This document shows, in pieces, positions 12,053 to 23,427 of a DNA stretch of 34,508 nucleotides (the stretch's first letter is position 1; every line of letters starts with the position of its first letter). The stretch lies in the NCBI GenBank assembly GCA_021432655.1, contig MU271658.1:1-34508 (forward strand), read 5' to 3'. Made by a program: the position numbers and the translations under genes. The stretch comes from Atractiella rhizophila (Eukaryota). The notes under the pieces are model-generated. The model did not search any database and was not told the DNA's origin. It was given only the letters and a program-made list of their open reading frames with translations.

Positions 12053-12723
12053 ACGGCAGCGTGCATTAAAGAGCCCAATGTTGTATGCGCAAATGATTAA
12101 TGGACTCATCTAAAGAGGGCCGTGTTTGATTTGGTAGACTTTCTTGGTTTGCATTATATCATACACATAACAATATCTACCCAGAGCGTTCTCTACCCAT
12201 TCATCACCTTGAGCGATCGACATCGTTCCTACGTCGAGCAATATTATGAGAAAGATGTCAGCAATACTCACCTCATGCACCTCCGCCTAGACAGAAACTG
12301 TTGTTTGAACCGAGTTGAACCAAAGTTACCGAAGCAGCCGCATTTAAGACCAGCATCGAACAGACCAGACCACCAAAACCACTGCTTCAAGTTGGTTCCC
12401 CCTCTGCAAGAAGAAGACAACGAGTACCAAAGAGATGACCAAGAGCCCAGCTGCCAGAGTTGGAAGACGAGGGACTATCTCAGGCTGGTGACTTGGGGTT
12501 TCATCTCTTTGCCTTCGAGAATTCGCCTTTCAACGCTTAATCTGTCGACATCATCACTCTCCTACCAACAGTCTATTCTACTTGGTCTACGTCGTACCGA
12601 AAGCAGTCAAGATGGTTCTAATTTCTTCTGTTAACGATGCAACGCAGGCATGATGAAATCTCTGACTTTTGCAGTTCCTGCGCATCTAACTTGGATTTAT
12701 AGTCTGGCGTCCTTTGTCCCCAA

Positions 12724-14424
12724 ATGGCTGGACAGCAACCTCCAATCTTCTGTCAGAGCTCTGAGGAACCAGATGCGCTTGTTCATATAATCACGCCAGC
12801 AAGATCCAACGATTCGGTCGAGCTCTCCATCCTACCCTCTTTTCTATCTCGCCTGTCTCCGTCAATCCACACACTCTGGATCACTTTCGTCTTACCTCTT
12901 AAATTTACGGATCACGCTCCTACAACAATATTTTCGAAATTGACTTATTTCTCATTCGAATGCCTGGAGAATACCGTCCAGAACGATGGTGTAGCGAATC
13001 TTTGTCTCACTTTCAATAGGGAAAGCGTGACAGTAACCTTTGGGGGTTGTGAACAGCCTGCACCTGTCAATTCGAACCGTTTGATACCACTGATGGAGCT
13101 CTTCACTCGCGTACTTCCTCTACCACCAGAAAATCGCTCGCAGGCCATCTTCGTCCCCGTCTTGGAAGAAGAAGGAGAAGAGCAGTTTGTCTTCGAAAGC
13201 GATGACGAATCTTCTTCCCCCCCATCCCTTCTTCAGGGTGGTGCGATCATTATCCAACTCTCACACTCCCCAGTTTCCACCCAGTGCTCCATCTCATGTC
13301 TCCCTGTCGAGCTCCTCTCCCTCATCTTTGACTTTTTCAAATTCGGCGACGACTGCGGGGAGGACGACAGCGAGGAAGTCACAGAAATTTCTAGACTTTC
13401 TGCCGTTTGCAATCTGTGGAGGCTCGTTTCAGCTCCATATTGGGAGGAACCTAAACCTGTGAGAGAGAAACATGTGCGCTTGAGACTTTATCCTGGTGCT
13501 GGACGTTTGTGGAGGACTCTGCAGTTTGAAGAAGATTTCAGCATCGGTAGGGCGATTGAGGTCATCATGGGCTCACCCAATGTTACATTACTCTGGCTGG
13601 ATGCGTTTTGGAATGAAGAGGAGGCGAAGGTGGTGCTGAATGCACTTGAAAGCTTGACAGCGGTGGAGACGGTAATCTTTGGATGCCAAGGTTCGAGACT
13701 GTGGCGGAAGGAGGAAGTAGAGAACTTTATCCAGAGGATGAGTCGGAGCGTCAGATGGCTCACGATTTTCGGAGTGGAGGACTCTTCCGCCTCATCTGTC
13801 CCTTCGCCAACATCAGGCATTCAATTCGCTGATGGCCTCGTATTCCTTCACCTTTACAAGTACCCACCCATCTCATCGCTCTCGCTCCCACAAACAATGG
13901 CGTCCTTGACGCTCTCAAATTTGTGTCCCCTTCCCCATTCCGTCGCAAGCACACCTCTACCGCCTCGTCTCGAATCCCTCAACATCAAACTTGCCCCCTT
14001 CTCTAGTAACAGGAGTATCTCCATCCTGCCCAAGCCGCTCGACTTGTCGCACCTCACACGTCTCACTCATCTCAATCTTGACGGTGGCGAGGACACCTCT
14101 AACCTCGTTTACCACCAGCTCTTCGACACTCTCGAGAATGCAAAAGCGATAAATCACATAGACCTTCGGTACTGTGTGGTGGACTGGGACGATTTCCCCG
14201 AATTCATCCGTTGGTTCTTTGGGAGGCGAGTCAACGATGAGGATGGATCTAGTGAAGAGAATAGCACAGGAAGATTTGTTCTACGTGTTCTTTTATTCTT
14301 TGGAGAGTGGGATGAAGAAGAGATCAGGATTTCCAGGAGGACGATGGAAGAGTTTGGGGCGAGTGAGGGCTCCGAGTGGGCAAAGGTTTGGGAGGCAAAT
14401 GACGAGGAGGAGACGGATCTCTAG
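12724..14424 (+). CDS. F-box/LRR-like protein (566 aa, intronless)
   Basis: F-box-like ISCLPVELLSLIFDFF..ISRLSAVCNLWRLVS at ~aa190-237, followed by LxxLxL repeats (LESLNIKL, LTRLTHLNL). Paralog of 16038-17945. Confidence 0.75.
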   Translation: MAGQQPPIFCQSSEEPDALVHIITPARSNDSVELSILPSFLSRLSPSIHTLWITFVLPLKFTDHAPTTIFSKLTYFSFECLENTVQNDGVANLCLTFNRESVTVTFGGCEQPAPVNSNRLIPLMELFTRVLPLPPENRSQAIFVPVLEEEGEEQFVFESDDESSSPPSLLQGGAIIIQLSHSPVSTQCSISCLPVELLSLIFDFFKFGDDCGEDDSEEVTEISRLSAVCNLWRLVSAPYWEEPKPVREKHVRLRLYPGAGRLWRTLQFEEDFSIGRAIEVIMGSPNVTLLWLDAFWNEEEAKVVLNALESLTAVETVIFGCQGSRLWRKEEVENFIQRMSRSVRWLTIFGVEDSSASSVPSPTSGIQFADGLVFLHLYKYPPISSLSLPQTMASLTLSNLCPLPHSVASTPLPPRLESLNIKLAPFSSNRSISILPKPLDLSHLTRLTHLNLDGGEDTSNLVYHQLFDTLENAKAINHIDLRYCVVDWDDFPEFIRWFFGRRVNDEDGSSEENSTGRFVLRVLLFFGEWDEEEIRISRRTMEEFGASEGSEWAKVWEANDEEETDL

Positions 14425-15468
14425 GAGGCGTAATGCTGCCTTTCGCGACGCGACAAACAAGGCCCAGCCTTTTGTATCACTTGTTGCTTGACGGAGAATT
14501 GAATGGAGTGTCTCAGGTTCAATCAGCATCTGGCATCACATCTTTCTTCTCCAGAGAGACATTGATGGGCTTCCGATCCTCATATCGGGCATCCATCCAG
14601 ATTTCGTTGCATCCTTCGTTGGAAGAACTCGTTGGTATTGCTCTCAACGAATGCACACAGGGAATTATCACAGATGGGAGGTACCATCAACGACCCTTGG
14701 CGACCTTACCGTTCGTGGCGATCGTGTACTTGCTCATGCTTTCGGCCACAACTTCGATGGAACGGAACAAGAACAGGCAAATGGGACCAGACGAGTGTCC
14801 CATCATGGATGAAGGGCCAGGTCCCATGTCTACACAGGCTGGCTCTGGGGAATGACTCTGGAGTTCCTGCAGAATGGAGTGGGTCTTTGGATGCATGCTT
14901 TATTGACGGGCGGACAAAACGAAGTAGATGTCGCATCAATCCATCAGCTAAATGATGTCCGCGATCCTCCCCAGGTCACAATCAAACTTCAATGCCTCCA
15001 CACAACCGCTGCATCTTGCCCTCATCTCTCAACCACAACAACGGCATAATATTCCGGAACTATGAGCCTTGCTTTTCTCCGCTCCACCAAACCAGGTCCA
15101 CAGATCTTTCTGCGCATCATTGTCTCGCCAAAGACACATTTTCGGCTCCTTTGAGTCACTGTCCATGGGAATGAACATAAGCCCTGTCTCCCATCACCCT
15201 ACAGCCTCTTTTGTTTGTGTGTCTTGTTTTTTCATTGCCCTTTCAAGCTATACGCAATTGCTGAACTGAGAATAATGGCGGGGAATAGCATGAGAGTGGA
15301 GGAAGATGTTACCGCAGTACATCAATTGCGCCGCATCACTAACACCGAGGTAGGTAAAGTCCTCTCCCTTTCTTCAACAGCCCCTCCCTAGCTGTGTTTA
15401 CTTGGGCGAAGGAGTAACGTACACGTGTATCTAGATGTTTACATCTAACTCATCCACAGCACAAACTT

Positions 15469-15946
15469 TGCTCAACTTTATGTTCTTAGAGCTGGCACAT
15501 TTTCGTTACATTTCGTCCCAACACATCCACACGGGAAATGAGGACCAATTCATCGTGGGCTGATGACATGCAGGGTCAGGAACATAGAGGTGCACGTTTG
15601 CTCCTATTAGACATCGACCCTGCAATAGATGTGAAATGACTTGGGTTCGCTTTTGTTGTTCAACGAACCCCAATAACTAGACGCTCTACCTCAAGAATCC
15701 CCCTTCATGCTCAACTTTATGTTCTTAGAGCTGTCACATTTTCGTTACATTTCGTCCCAACACATCCACACGAGAAATGAGGACCAATTCAGCGTGGGCT
15801 GATGACATGCAAGGTCAGGAACATAGAGGTGCACGTTTGCTCCTATTAGACATCGACCCTGCAATAGATGTGAAATAACTTGGGTTCGCTTTTGTTGTTC
15901 AACGAACCCTCAATAACTAGACGCTCTACCTCAAGAATCCCCCTTC
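15469..15946. repeat. Tandem direct repeat, 2 x 239 bp, non-coding
   Basis: TGCTCAACTTTATGTTCTTAGAG starts at 15469 and 15708. Both copies end ..CAAGAATCCCCCTTC, with only a few substitutions. Confidence 0.95.
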
Positions 15947-16037
15947 GAAATTTGCGTACCCCTCTTCATCCATCCCAACAGCAGTCCAAGCCCGCCGTAT
16001 AATTTATCCACATCATTATTCTCTCAAAATATTCGAA

Positions 16038-17945
16038 ATGTTGCCGCTCGCCATCTTTATTCTCTCCGTCCTCACAGTTTCGATTCCATTCATCGCAGCA
16101 TCGATTCTATTCATTATGCTTCTCACAGTTTTGATTCGGGTCATCATGCTTCTCGCCGTTTCAATTCTGTTCATCGTCATTCTGGTCAAGATTGATCCAG
16201 TTTCCTCGAGTGGCGATGCAGTGCAGGCAAGATCTGATTCTCTGTCTTCGGCTTGCTTCTTATCATCTAACATAAATTACGGGTCACAGTCTGCTGCCCC
16301 TCCTCAGAAAATAATTGACCAGCAAACATCCACCCTATGCAGAGACTACGCTGACGAGACCGCACTGGTGGACTTCATCACGGCAGAATATATCTGTACT
16401 TCGCTCTACCTCTCAATACTCCCCTCCTTTTTGTCTCGGCTGCCTGCTCCGATTCATACACTCCGCATCACCTTTGTCATACCCTCTCAATTCACGGATC
16501 GAGATCCTGAGCGCGTGTCCTCGAAATTGTCTGGTTTCTCACTGGAACTTCTGGAAACCGAAGTACATAGTGGTGTAGTGAACCTTTGCGTCACCCTGAG
16601 CCAAAAAACCGTCAAGGTGATCATTCGTGATGTCGATGATGGACATTCAATCGTGGATTCACGCCATCTGCCAGCGCTGTGCTTCACTCGCAAGTTTGAT
16701 CTGCTTGCAGGATCACGCTCTCAAGCCATCTTCGCCCCCATCGCCCAATTCTATGGGGACCATTTCGTCTCTATCGGTGATTGCGGATCATCTCCCTTCC
16801 CATCTCTCCGTCAGAGCCCTGGGACCATTATCCAACTGTCCTTCCCGTCCTTAACTACATGCTCTATCTCGCACTTGCCTATCGAGCTCCTCTCTCTCAT
16901 ATTCGAATTCTTCACATGCCGTGAACCCGATGACAATGCCTTTGCATACTATCCCGTTTCCATCCTCTCTCGCGTCAACCAGCACTGGCGCCAAGTTTCA
17001 GCTCCTTATGGGACGTCAGTGGAAGAGAAACATGCTGGCCTGAAACACAATCCTGATGCTGGACGCAGGTGGAGTACATTGCACTTTGAAGCACATACCA
17101 CTTTCAGAATGGCGAGAGAAATCATCAAGAGCTCCCCCAGAGTTACGACAGTGCGTGTGGAAGCATTTTGTGAGGGAGAAGAGTCGAAGAAATTGTTGAA
17201 ATTACTTGAAGGATTGAAACAACTGAATGACGTAACCTTCAACAAGGGTCGGAGACAGTGGAGGAAGGAGGAAGTCGAGACCTTTATGCGGGGGATGGGC
17301 GGAAGGATTAGACGGCTCAACGCTCGCGAAGTGGAGGACTCTTCTTCCGCCTCTGCTCCCTCAGTACCACAGGGCCTTCAGTTACTTCCTGGTATCAGAG
17401 ACCTAACGCTTAATATGTACCCACCTCTCCCATCGCTCGCGCTCCCAGACACCCTGACATCCTTGCATCTCTCCCAACTGTGTCCCCTCCCTTCCTCCAT
17501 TCCAGAAAATTTTCTGCCGCTCCTTCTTGAATATCTCTCTCTCACACTCGCCCCTTTCTCGTCTGGCGGACGTGCATCCATTCTTCCCGCTCCGCTCTCT
17601 TTCTCACACCTCAAACACCTTACCTTACTCCTCATTGACGGTGGTGAAGAAACTTCACAAATTGTTTCCCGCTCGTTCTTCAGCACTCTCAAGAATGCAA
17701 AATCGATACAGGAAATACGTGTTTGCTATTGCACAGTGGACTCGGTCGATTTTCAAGGCTTCATCCCCTGGTTCTTTGGGAATCGGCAGGAAGGCAGTGA
17801 GGAGAATGAGAAAGGGACGAGAGGAGGTGTTTTACGACTTCTTTTATTCTTTGGAGAGTGGTTGGAGGAGGATATTAACAATTCCAGAAGGGAGATGAGA
17901 GCTTGTGGGGTGTCTGCGGCGGATGGAAATGTTCTAGAGTGTTGA
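16038..17945 (+). CDS. F-box/LRR-like protein (635 aa, intronless) with a hydrophobic N-terminal extension
   Basis: ISHLPIELLSLIFEFF..LSRVNQHWRQVS. Blocks shared with 12724-14424: LSILPSFLSRL, WRKEEVE.F, VEDSS, LDGGE/IDGGE, LLFFGEW. True start codon uncertain. Confidence 0.75.
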   Translation: MLPLAIFILSVLTVSIPFIAASILFIMLLTVLIRVIMLLAVSILFIVILVKIDPVSSSGDAVQARSDSLSSACFLSSNINYGSQSAAPPQKIIDQQTSTLCRDYADETALVDFITAEYICTSLYLSILPSFLSRLPAPIHTLRITFVIPSQFTDRDPERVSSKLSGFSLELLETEVHSGVVNLCVTLSQKTVKVIIRDVDDGHSIVDSRHLPALCFTRKFDLLAGSRSQAIFAPIAQFYGDHFVSIGDCGSSPFPSLRQSPGTIIQLSFPSLTTCSISHLPIELLSLIFEFFTCREPDDNAFAYYPVSILSRVNQHWRQVSAPYGTSVEEKHAGLKHNPDAGRRWSTLHFEAHTTFRMAREIIKSSPRVTTVRVEAFCEGEESKKLLKLLEGLKQLNDVTFNKGRRQWRKEEVETFMRGMGGRIRRLNAREVEDSSSASAPSVPQGLQLLPGIRDLTLNMYPPLPSLALPDTLTSLHLSQLCPLPSSIPENFLPLLLEYLSLTLAPFSSGGRASILPAPLSFSHLKHLTLLLIDGGEETSQIVSRSFFSTLKNAKSIQEIRVCYCTVDSVDFQGFIPWFFGNRQEGSEENEKGTRGGVLRLLLFFGEWLEEDINNSRREMRACGVSAADGNVLEC

Positions 17946-18201
17946 CACACTTACTATTACACTGCAATTGAAATGGTAGACGCGACGTGTCCTTTAATAC
18001 TCAGGTATCAAGCACGTCAGCCAAACAGACAATAGCAGAACCGTCTGTCAGCTTCGCTCTTAATGTTGTTTTTCGGTTCTGGTATATAAACTTGATAGCA
18101 ACAACCTGAAGTTCAGTTCGTCAGCGAAGTTAACATTCCCTGGCAAGGAAAGAGCAACAGGTTTTCATAAGTAGTGAAGGAAGCAATCGCGGTTTGGAAA
18201 A

Positions 18202-20595
18202 TTACGAACAACCCGCCTGAACATTCTCATTCTCCTTCGCAGAATCACCGTCTGTGTCAGTCGCCCAACCGCAACTATGCCTCGTCGTCGAAGCAACCGT
18301 AGTGACAGACCTCTTTGTGGACACCTGTGAAAAAATGGAAGCAGGAGGAGCGGAGACGATTGTTGACCCTGCCGTATGAGCGGAAGAAGTGATGGGGAAG
18401 GAAGAGACGTTGCAGGACGAATGTATGGTCGTTGTTGTAGGAACTGCTGTACGATATTCTGTGGAAGAGAACTCGTGAAGACGTACAGCTGGGACTTGGT
18501 GAGATGGAGTTTGAGATCTGGAAGTAGGAACCATAGGATCGGCGAGAGGAAATGGGTCAATCGCCTCTTGCAAGTCCGCCGTTGGTTTTGAGTAATTGAG
18601 AGGTTCAGATGGAGGAAGAGGAAGATCCTTTTCCACACAATAGTCCTTGGAAATGGATGAAGCGACATTGACTACACGCATTGGTATCAGCGGTTTCTCG
18701 TCCCCTGTCATTCTTTGTTCCTGAAAATTCACCGCGTGAAGCTGGTTGCGAAGAGGAGGCTGAGGGTGCAGGGAAGGGTGAGGGCGGGAGTACTCCTGTG
18801 AGCCACAAAACCACTCCTCCACGTTCGGAAGCCTCTGGTTCCTTCCCATGTTGATCAGTTCCTCAGCAGTCCGAATGTTCAAATCCTCATCCCCTCCAAC
18901 CCCAGCGCGAGTGCCCCATCCGACCTCGTGCAAGGTGAACAGTGCGTAGATCTTCATAATGGCAAAATACTACCAGCACACTTTCGTCAGCCTTAAGAGA
19001 TTAAAGGGCAAGAAACGGACGTAGCCGAATATCAACCAAGCTGGGAGATAAATGATATCTTTAGGTCTTTTGAACAAGTGGGGTGCAAGCTTGATAGCTC
19101 GTGTGGCATGCAGCCAGGCTATGTAGCACAAACCGACTTTCCAACCAGCCATCTCTCCTCTAGTCGCATAGGCAATGACGAAGAGCGGTCCTATCCAAAG
19201 ACAGTCAGTTCAAGGAGGTGAAGAGATGGGAAGACTAACCTGCAAGTAAGGTGAGCGGGTTGAAGAGCTTGTCCACCATCGTAAAGGACACATAGGGATA
19301 TCTAACGAGAATCTTTCGCTCCTTAAAGAGAGACCTCAAATCCGAGCGCCTGCAACCAATTTGCCTGCGTCGCCTATTGAGGGAAAGAAAGGCGAACCAG
19401 GTATTCCTCGTCCAGCGTAACACCTGTAAAAGGAATCTCCACGAAGGCTTCATTGTTGATTTGAGCGTACAGTCTGGATGGGATTGAATATAAACATTCC
19501 AATCGTCTGTTCGAAGGTCGACGTCAATTTGATCCCAATATGCGACAGCCAAACTAAGAAAAAGAAGAGACGGACGAGAGACGAGCCACCGCGTGAGGAA
19601 TTTATCCTATCATTCAATGAAGTGATAAATTGTCAACATTACAGCACAGAGACTCCAGGAGGTTAAGAAAGGGTACGCACATCACCTGAGTTCAGATGGT
19701 ATTTACCTCTCCAGAAGTCTTGTGTGAAGGCCCGCAAGAATGCAGGATCTTTCAATATACAAGTTCGATAGGCTGCTGTTCGACCAGACAGACAAGGCGT
19801 TCCTCTGTTTGCAGTTATAAGAGGATAAGTAGTTAATGTCTATGTGTAATATTGTTGGAAACACGAACCCATCGATGTGACAACTAGACATAACCTCTGT
19901 ATTTCTGATGCTGAGCCTAAAGGCCGCTAACACTTCCCATACCGTCCATTTCTGATCATCCAACGACGAAGGAGTGACGACCTGGCTCGTCCCAACACCC
20001 CCGATCGATTGATCCTCAAAGCACGCAAGGATGTAGCGCAACATGGGACTTGGCCATAAAGCATCATCGTCGGAGAAGACGACGATGTCAGTCGTGGTGG
20101 AGAGCACTCCAAGACACATTTGTAGTCGTTTGGACGCGACTATGTGCCCACATTTGAGCTTTGGAAAGAATAATGAAGAGCGAAAGACGAGCCTGGGACT
20201 GTGAGAACTCGGATTCGTGCTTTTTCCCCAAAAGACGTTTGTTAGACTGATCTTAAGAATTTGAGAGGAGGAAGCGTACAATTTATAGATGCAGCCAAAG
20301 CCTCCAAATCCGCCTTCGTCTTCTCCACCGTAACAATGATCACTTCCTTCGGGTTGCATTCCAACCAGGTCCTTGCTGCTGTTGGAAAAGCTATGGGATC
20401 AGCGTCGATCGTTGGCACCACGATGGTGACGTCTTCTTCTGCTCTATATGTCTCGCAGCCTGGTGGAGGTGGCGCTATGGGGGAATAGGAGCATGCAGCA
20501 AGGAGACGGATGAAGAACCAGAGGTAGCGGAAGAGACCGATTACGCCAAGGGGGATGAAGATTGCTGGGTGAGCGGAGGCGAGCAGATACAACAT
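18202..20595 (-). CDS. Glycosyltransferase family 2, Cps1-like (hyaluronan-synthase-like) polysaccharide synthase, multi-exon
   Basis: VTIVVPTID, VVFSDDD (DxD), CLSGRTAAYR, HLNSG|DDKF, QVLRW (QxxRW), TM helices and WGTRAG. Low-complexity C-terminal tail. Similar to fungal Cps1 proteins by motif recall only. Confidence 0.85.
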
Positions 20596-21168
20596 CTCGT
20601 CGTAGATTGAACTTGAGTGTACTTGGGGACACTTAGTGGATGCGGTAGTTGGCGCAAGTGAAGAGCGGGAAGGAGGGAAAAGGGAGCATTTCAACTCATA
20701 TCATGTGAGGAAAACAAGGACGCGTCTCATCGCGTTTTCTTCCGTCTCCAGCTCCAAAAATTCATACATATCCATGCTTATATCACTCCCATTCTAAGTA
20801 AGCAGCTGGACAAGGAAACTCACGCGCGATCGCCTCAAGTCAAGTGTCTTCGACTCTCCTCAACCCCTTGATGAATCATGCCTTCCATTCCGCTATCTAG
20901 TCTACTCAGCACAATTCAACTTCCCAAATTACAACATCCTTGGATTCTTGCGACTAAGTACTGAAAACGACAGGAAGAAGCAAGAAAGAAGCCCAGAAGC
21001 GTTCTCGGGATGCCATGACTCATTTGAGTTTGCCTGCTGCGTCTTTCATTTCTGCGAGGCAACTATCAACCATCTTGTCGGGTCCTCCTGCATAACGTGT
21101 CATTTCGATCATTTCGAGTAGTAGGTGGCATGGTTGAACATTCGTGGCGTCTCTAATACAGTGCTCCA

Positions 21169-21798
21169 GTGGTGGAACCTCCAGTCATTGACTTCATCAC
21201 GGACGTGTACAAGAGTCCCTTGCTTGTCCCTACCGAAAACCAGGGGCGGTTCGACATGCAAGGGAAGTCGATATTGGGACCTGCGCTTGGACTTGAGACA
21301 GAGCCTGCAAAGTTGTTAGACGTCGTCTTACGAGTGGACAGACCCACGGTGTCAGAAACGCCATTGCGTGGCTATCATTGGGCCATCACCTGGACCACCT
21401 CTGAACGGGACGGACACCATTTGTGCCAGAGGATACACCTGGCTACGGAGAATTGCAATCGATATCACTATACGAATTGGGGACAGCACTTCCTCGTCCT
21501 AACCCAGGAAGCCAACAGTTCTTCCATCCCCATTCCGATCGGCCAGCTGTCAAAGCCGGATCGAGCAAAGCTGGTCAGCATAAGTCTCGGAATTCCGCCT
21601 CTCCAGCCTGTGGACGGGAGGACAGCTGAAGCTTGGGACAAAGTGCATGAGGCGATGGGACCCACGAACGGTGGAATCGCGTTCAACTGTCAAGACTGGA
21701 TCGTTGAACTTTTGTTCCAAGCGGAACGCGCTGGGTTGTTCAGCTCCGAACAAGTCAATAAGGCTTTGAATGATGCGAGATCTGTCACCTCTGCTTGA
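21169..21798 (+). CDS. Small hypothetical protein A1 (~210 aa), putative permuted papain-like (PPPDE/LRAT-type) fold
   Basis: Motifs HWAITW..CQRIHL and FNCQDWIVELL..AERAGL. True start unresolved; probable acceptor TACAG at 21157-21161. Confidence 0.65.
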   Translation: MVEPPVIDFITDVYKSPLLVPTENQGRFDMQGKSILGPALGLETEPAKLLDVVLRVDRPTVSETPLRGYHWAITWTTSERDGHHLCQRIHLATENCNRYHYTNWGQHFLVLTQEANSSSIPIPIGQLSKPDRAKLVSISLGIPPLQPVDGRTAEAWDKVHEAMGPTNGGIAFNCQDWIVELLFQAERAGLFSSEQVNKALNDARSVTSA

Positions 21799-22721
21799 TT
21801 ACGACCTCGCAAGTCTTGGGGATACACGGACTTATTTATTTACTCCAATGACCGTCTCCTCTCAACCGCCTCACCGTCCCCCAACTTGTATATCTCGTAC
21901 TGAAGGGAGAAGGAATGGATGATGGAGGAGGAGGGGTTGAAGATTGGCGAGTGGGAAAATCGTTGATGTCTGCAAGTAACAACGGGGACGTCGTCTGGTG
22001 AGCGATCAACTTCTGCTAAAGTCTCTCACTTGTTGTACTGTTGTACTTTCTGTTCCAATATACCCACTATCACTTCTCATGGAGATACCGAGTCCCTAAG
22101 TACATCAGAGCGTAGAAACCAATGAACATCCCAGTCCTCGTTCGCAGTCCGTCCTCAAAATCTCAAATGGAGTCTAACTTCCCTTTCTATCCTCTCAGGG
22201 TGTTCGAAATTTGATAAAGAACTCCTTTTACGACGATATCATGTTTTCGGTCCTTTCGTGTCCTTGATGAAGGCACGACAATTGGCTGTTAGCCTGAGAT
22301 GGCTTTCTTTTCCAGTGGCAATGACCATTCGGCTTTGTACACAAGTCCAAGACAATGCTTCATGGATTTGGATTTTGTTGTGGCCCTTGGTTAAAGCTAT
22401 GTTTGAAGGAAAGTGATATTTTGTGAAACGGCCTTGTCTTTCAAGTGGTGACGATCATCTCCCTTACAAAATGAAAGTGATGGGATATTTTGACCTTTGT
22501 TTGATACAGTGTGTGGTCCTTGTTTGCATGGATCCGTTGCGGCTCTCGAAAACGGCCAGACTCCTTTATCTAGTCGAGCTGCCCTTATCGACGACGAATG
22601 GCTATAAAAGCTCAACAGGTTCGCGTTCCTCTCTTTCCGTCCAAGAAAGAGAAGAAAATCAATCGCCAACCGCACAGTGTCTTCTAAAGTCGAAATCAAG
22701 CACCAGCAAATATCCTGCACA

Positions 22722-23170
22722 AGTAGGTATCATTTACAGACTTCATAGGCTCTCCCTGATCTTGCATTTTCAGTGGCTCAAGCTGAGTATCGAACCACTT
22801 TTATCACTGAGCCTACAAGAACCCCTTGTTGATGCCAACCGAGAAGTGCGGGCGATTCGATACCCAGGCAAAGTCATTCAAAGTCCTGCAACCGGATTGG
22901 AGTCGGAGCCCATAGCGTTGTTGGAGGTAGTTATCAGGGTTTACTCACTTACGAGTCCCTGGATGGCTCGCGACCGCCATTGGTCAATCACTTGGACCAC
23001 GTCTGTACGCGATGGAGACGAGATGTGCCAAAGGCTCCACCTAGCAAGCGATCCACTTGCAGGAAATACGCTTCACTACACCAGCTGGGGTCTACACTTG
23101 CAAGCCATCAAACCTGGTAGCGCCGCTGAGGCACCTGACATCATTCCCATCGGTAAACTGTCGAAAGGCG

Positions 23171-23172
<2 letters not shown>
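22722..23172 (+). pseudogene. Paralog B1 of the A family: frameshifted, 3'-truncated at poly(A)
   Basis: TATAAAA at 22603. A|TG split by intron 22723-22773. Alignment with B2 needs single-base insertions near 22810 and 22867. RHWSITWTT..MCQRLHL..IPIGKLSKGD then runs into poly(A). Confidence 0.7.

Positions 23173-23207
<35 letters not shown>
23173..23207 (+). repeat. 35-nt poly(A) tract at the duplication junction
   Basis: A35 lies directly between the truncated B1 coding sequence and the start of repeat unit 2. Confidence 0.95.
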
Positions 23208-23210
<3 letters not shown>

Positions 23211-23427
23211 GATTCTTGCGACTAAGTACTGAAAACGACAGGAAGAAGCAAGAAAGAAGCCCAGAAGCGTTCTCGGGATGCCATGACTCATTTGAGTTTG
23301 CCAGCTGCGTCTTCCATTTCTGCAAAGCAACTATCAACCATTTTGTCGGGTCCTCCTGCATAACGTATCATTTCGAGTAGTAGGTGGCATGGCTGAACAT
23401 TCGTGGCGTCTCTAATCCAGTGTTCCA

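Noticed and set aside
12122..12634. 170-aa ORF and a minus-strand intron-like signal near 12230-12272
   Set aside because: Non-ATG start, no motifs, and I could not build a coherent gene model on either strand.
14433..15300. Cluster of short overlapping ORFs, possibly a decayed element or pseudogene
   Set aside because: No transposase, RT or other motif recognised, and no terminal repeats.
15469..15946. CRISPR array or LTR pair
   Set aside because: Only two adjacent long units, with no spacers, no internal retroelement and no TG..CA/TSD evidence; eukaryotic context.
22423..23380. ORFs with poly-Lys or poly-Phe tracts, including the 269-aa ORF
   Set aside because: They are translations of the poly(A) junction. 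The 269-aa ORF's N-terminus runs through promoter and intron sequence.
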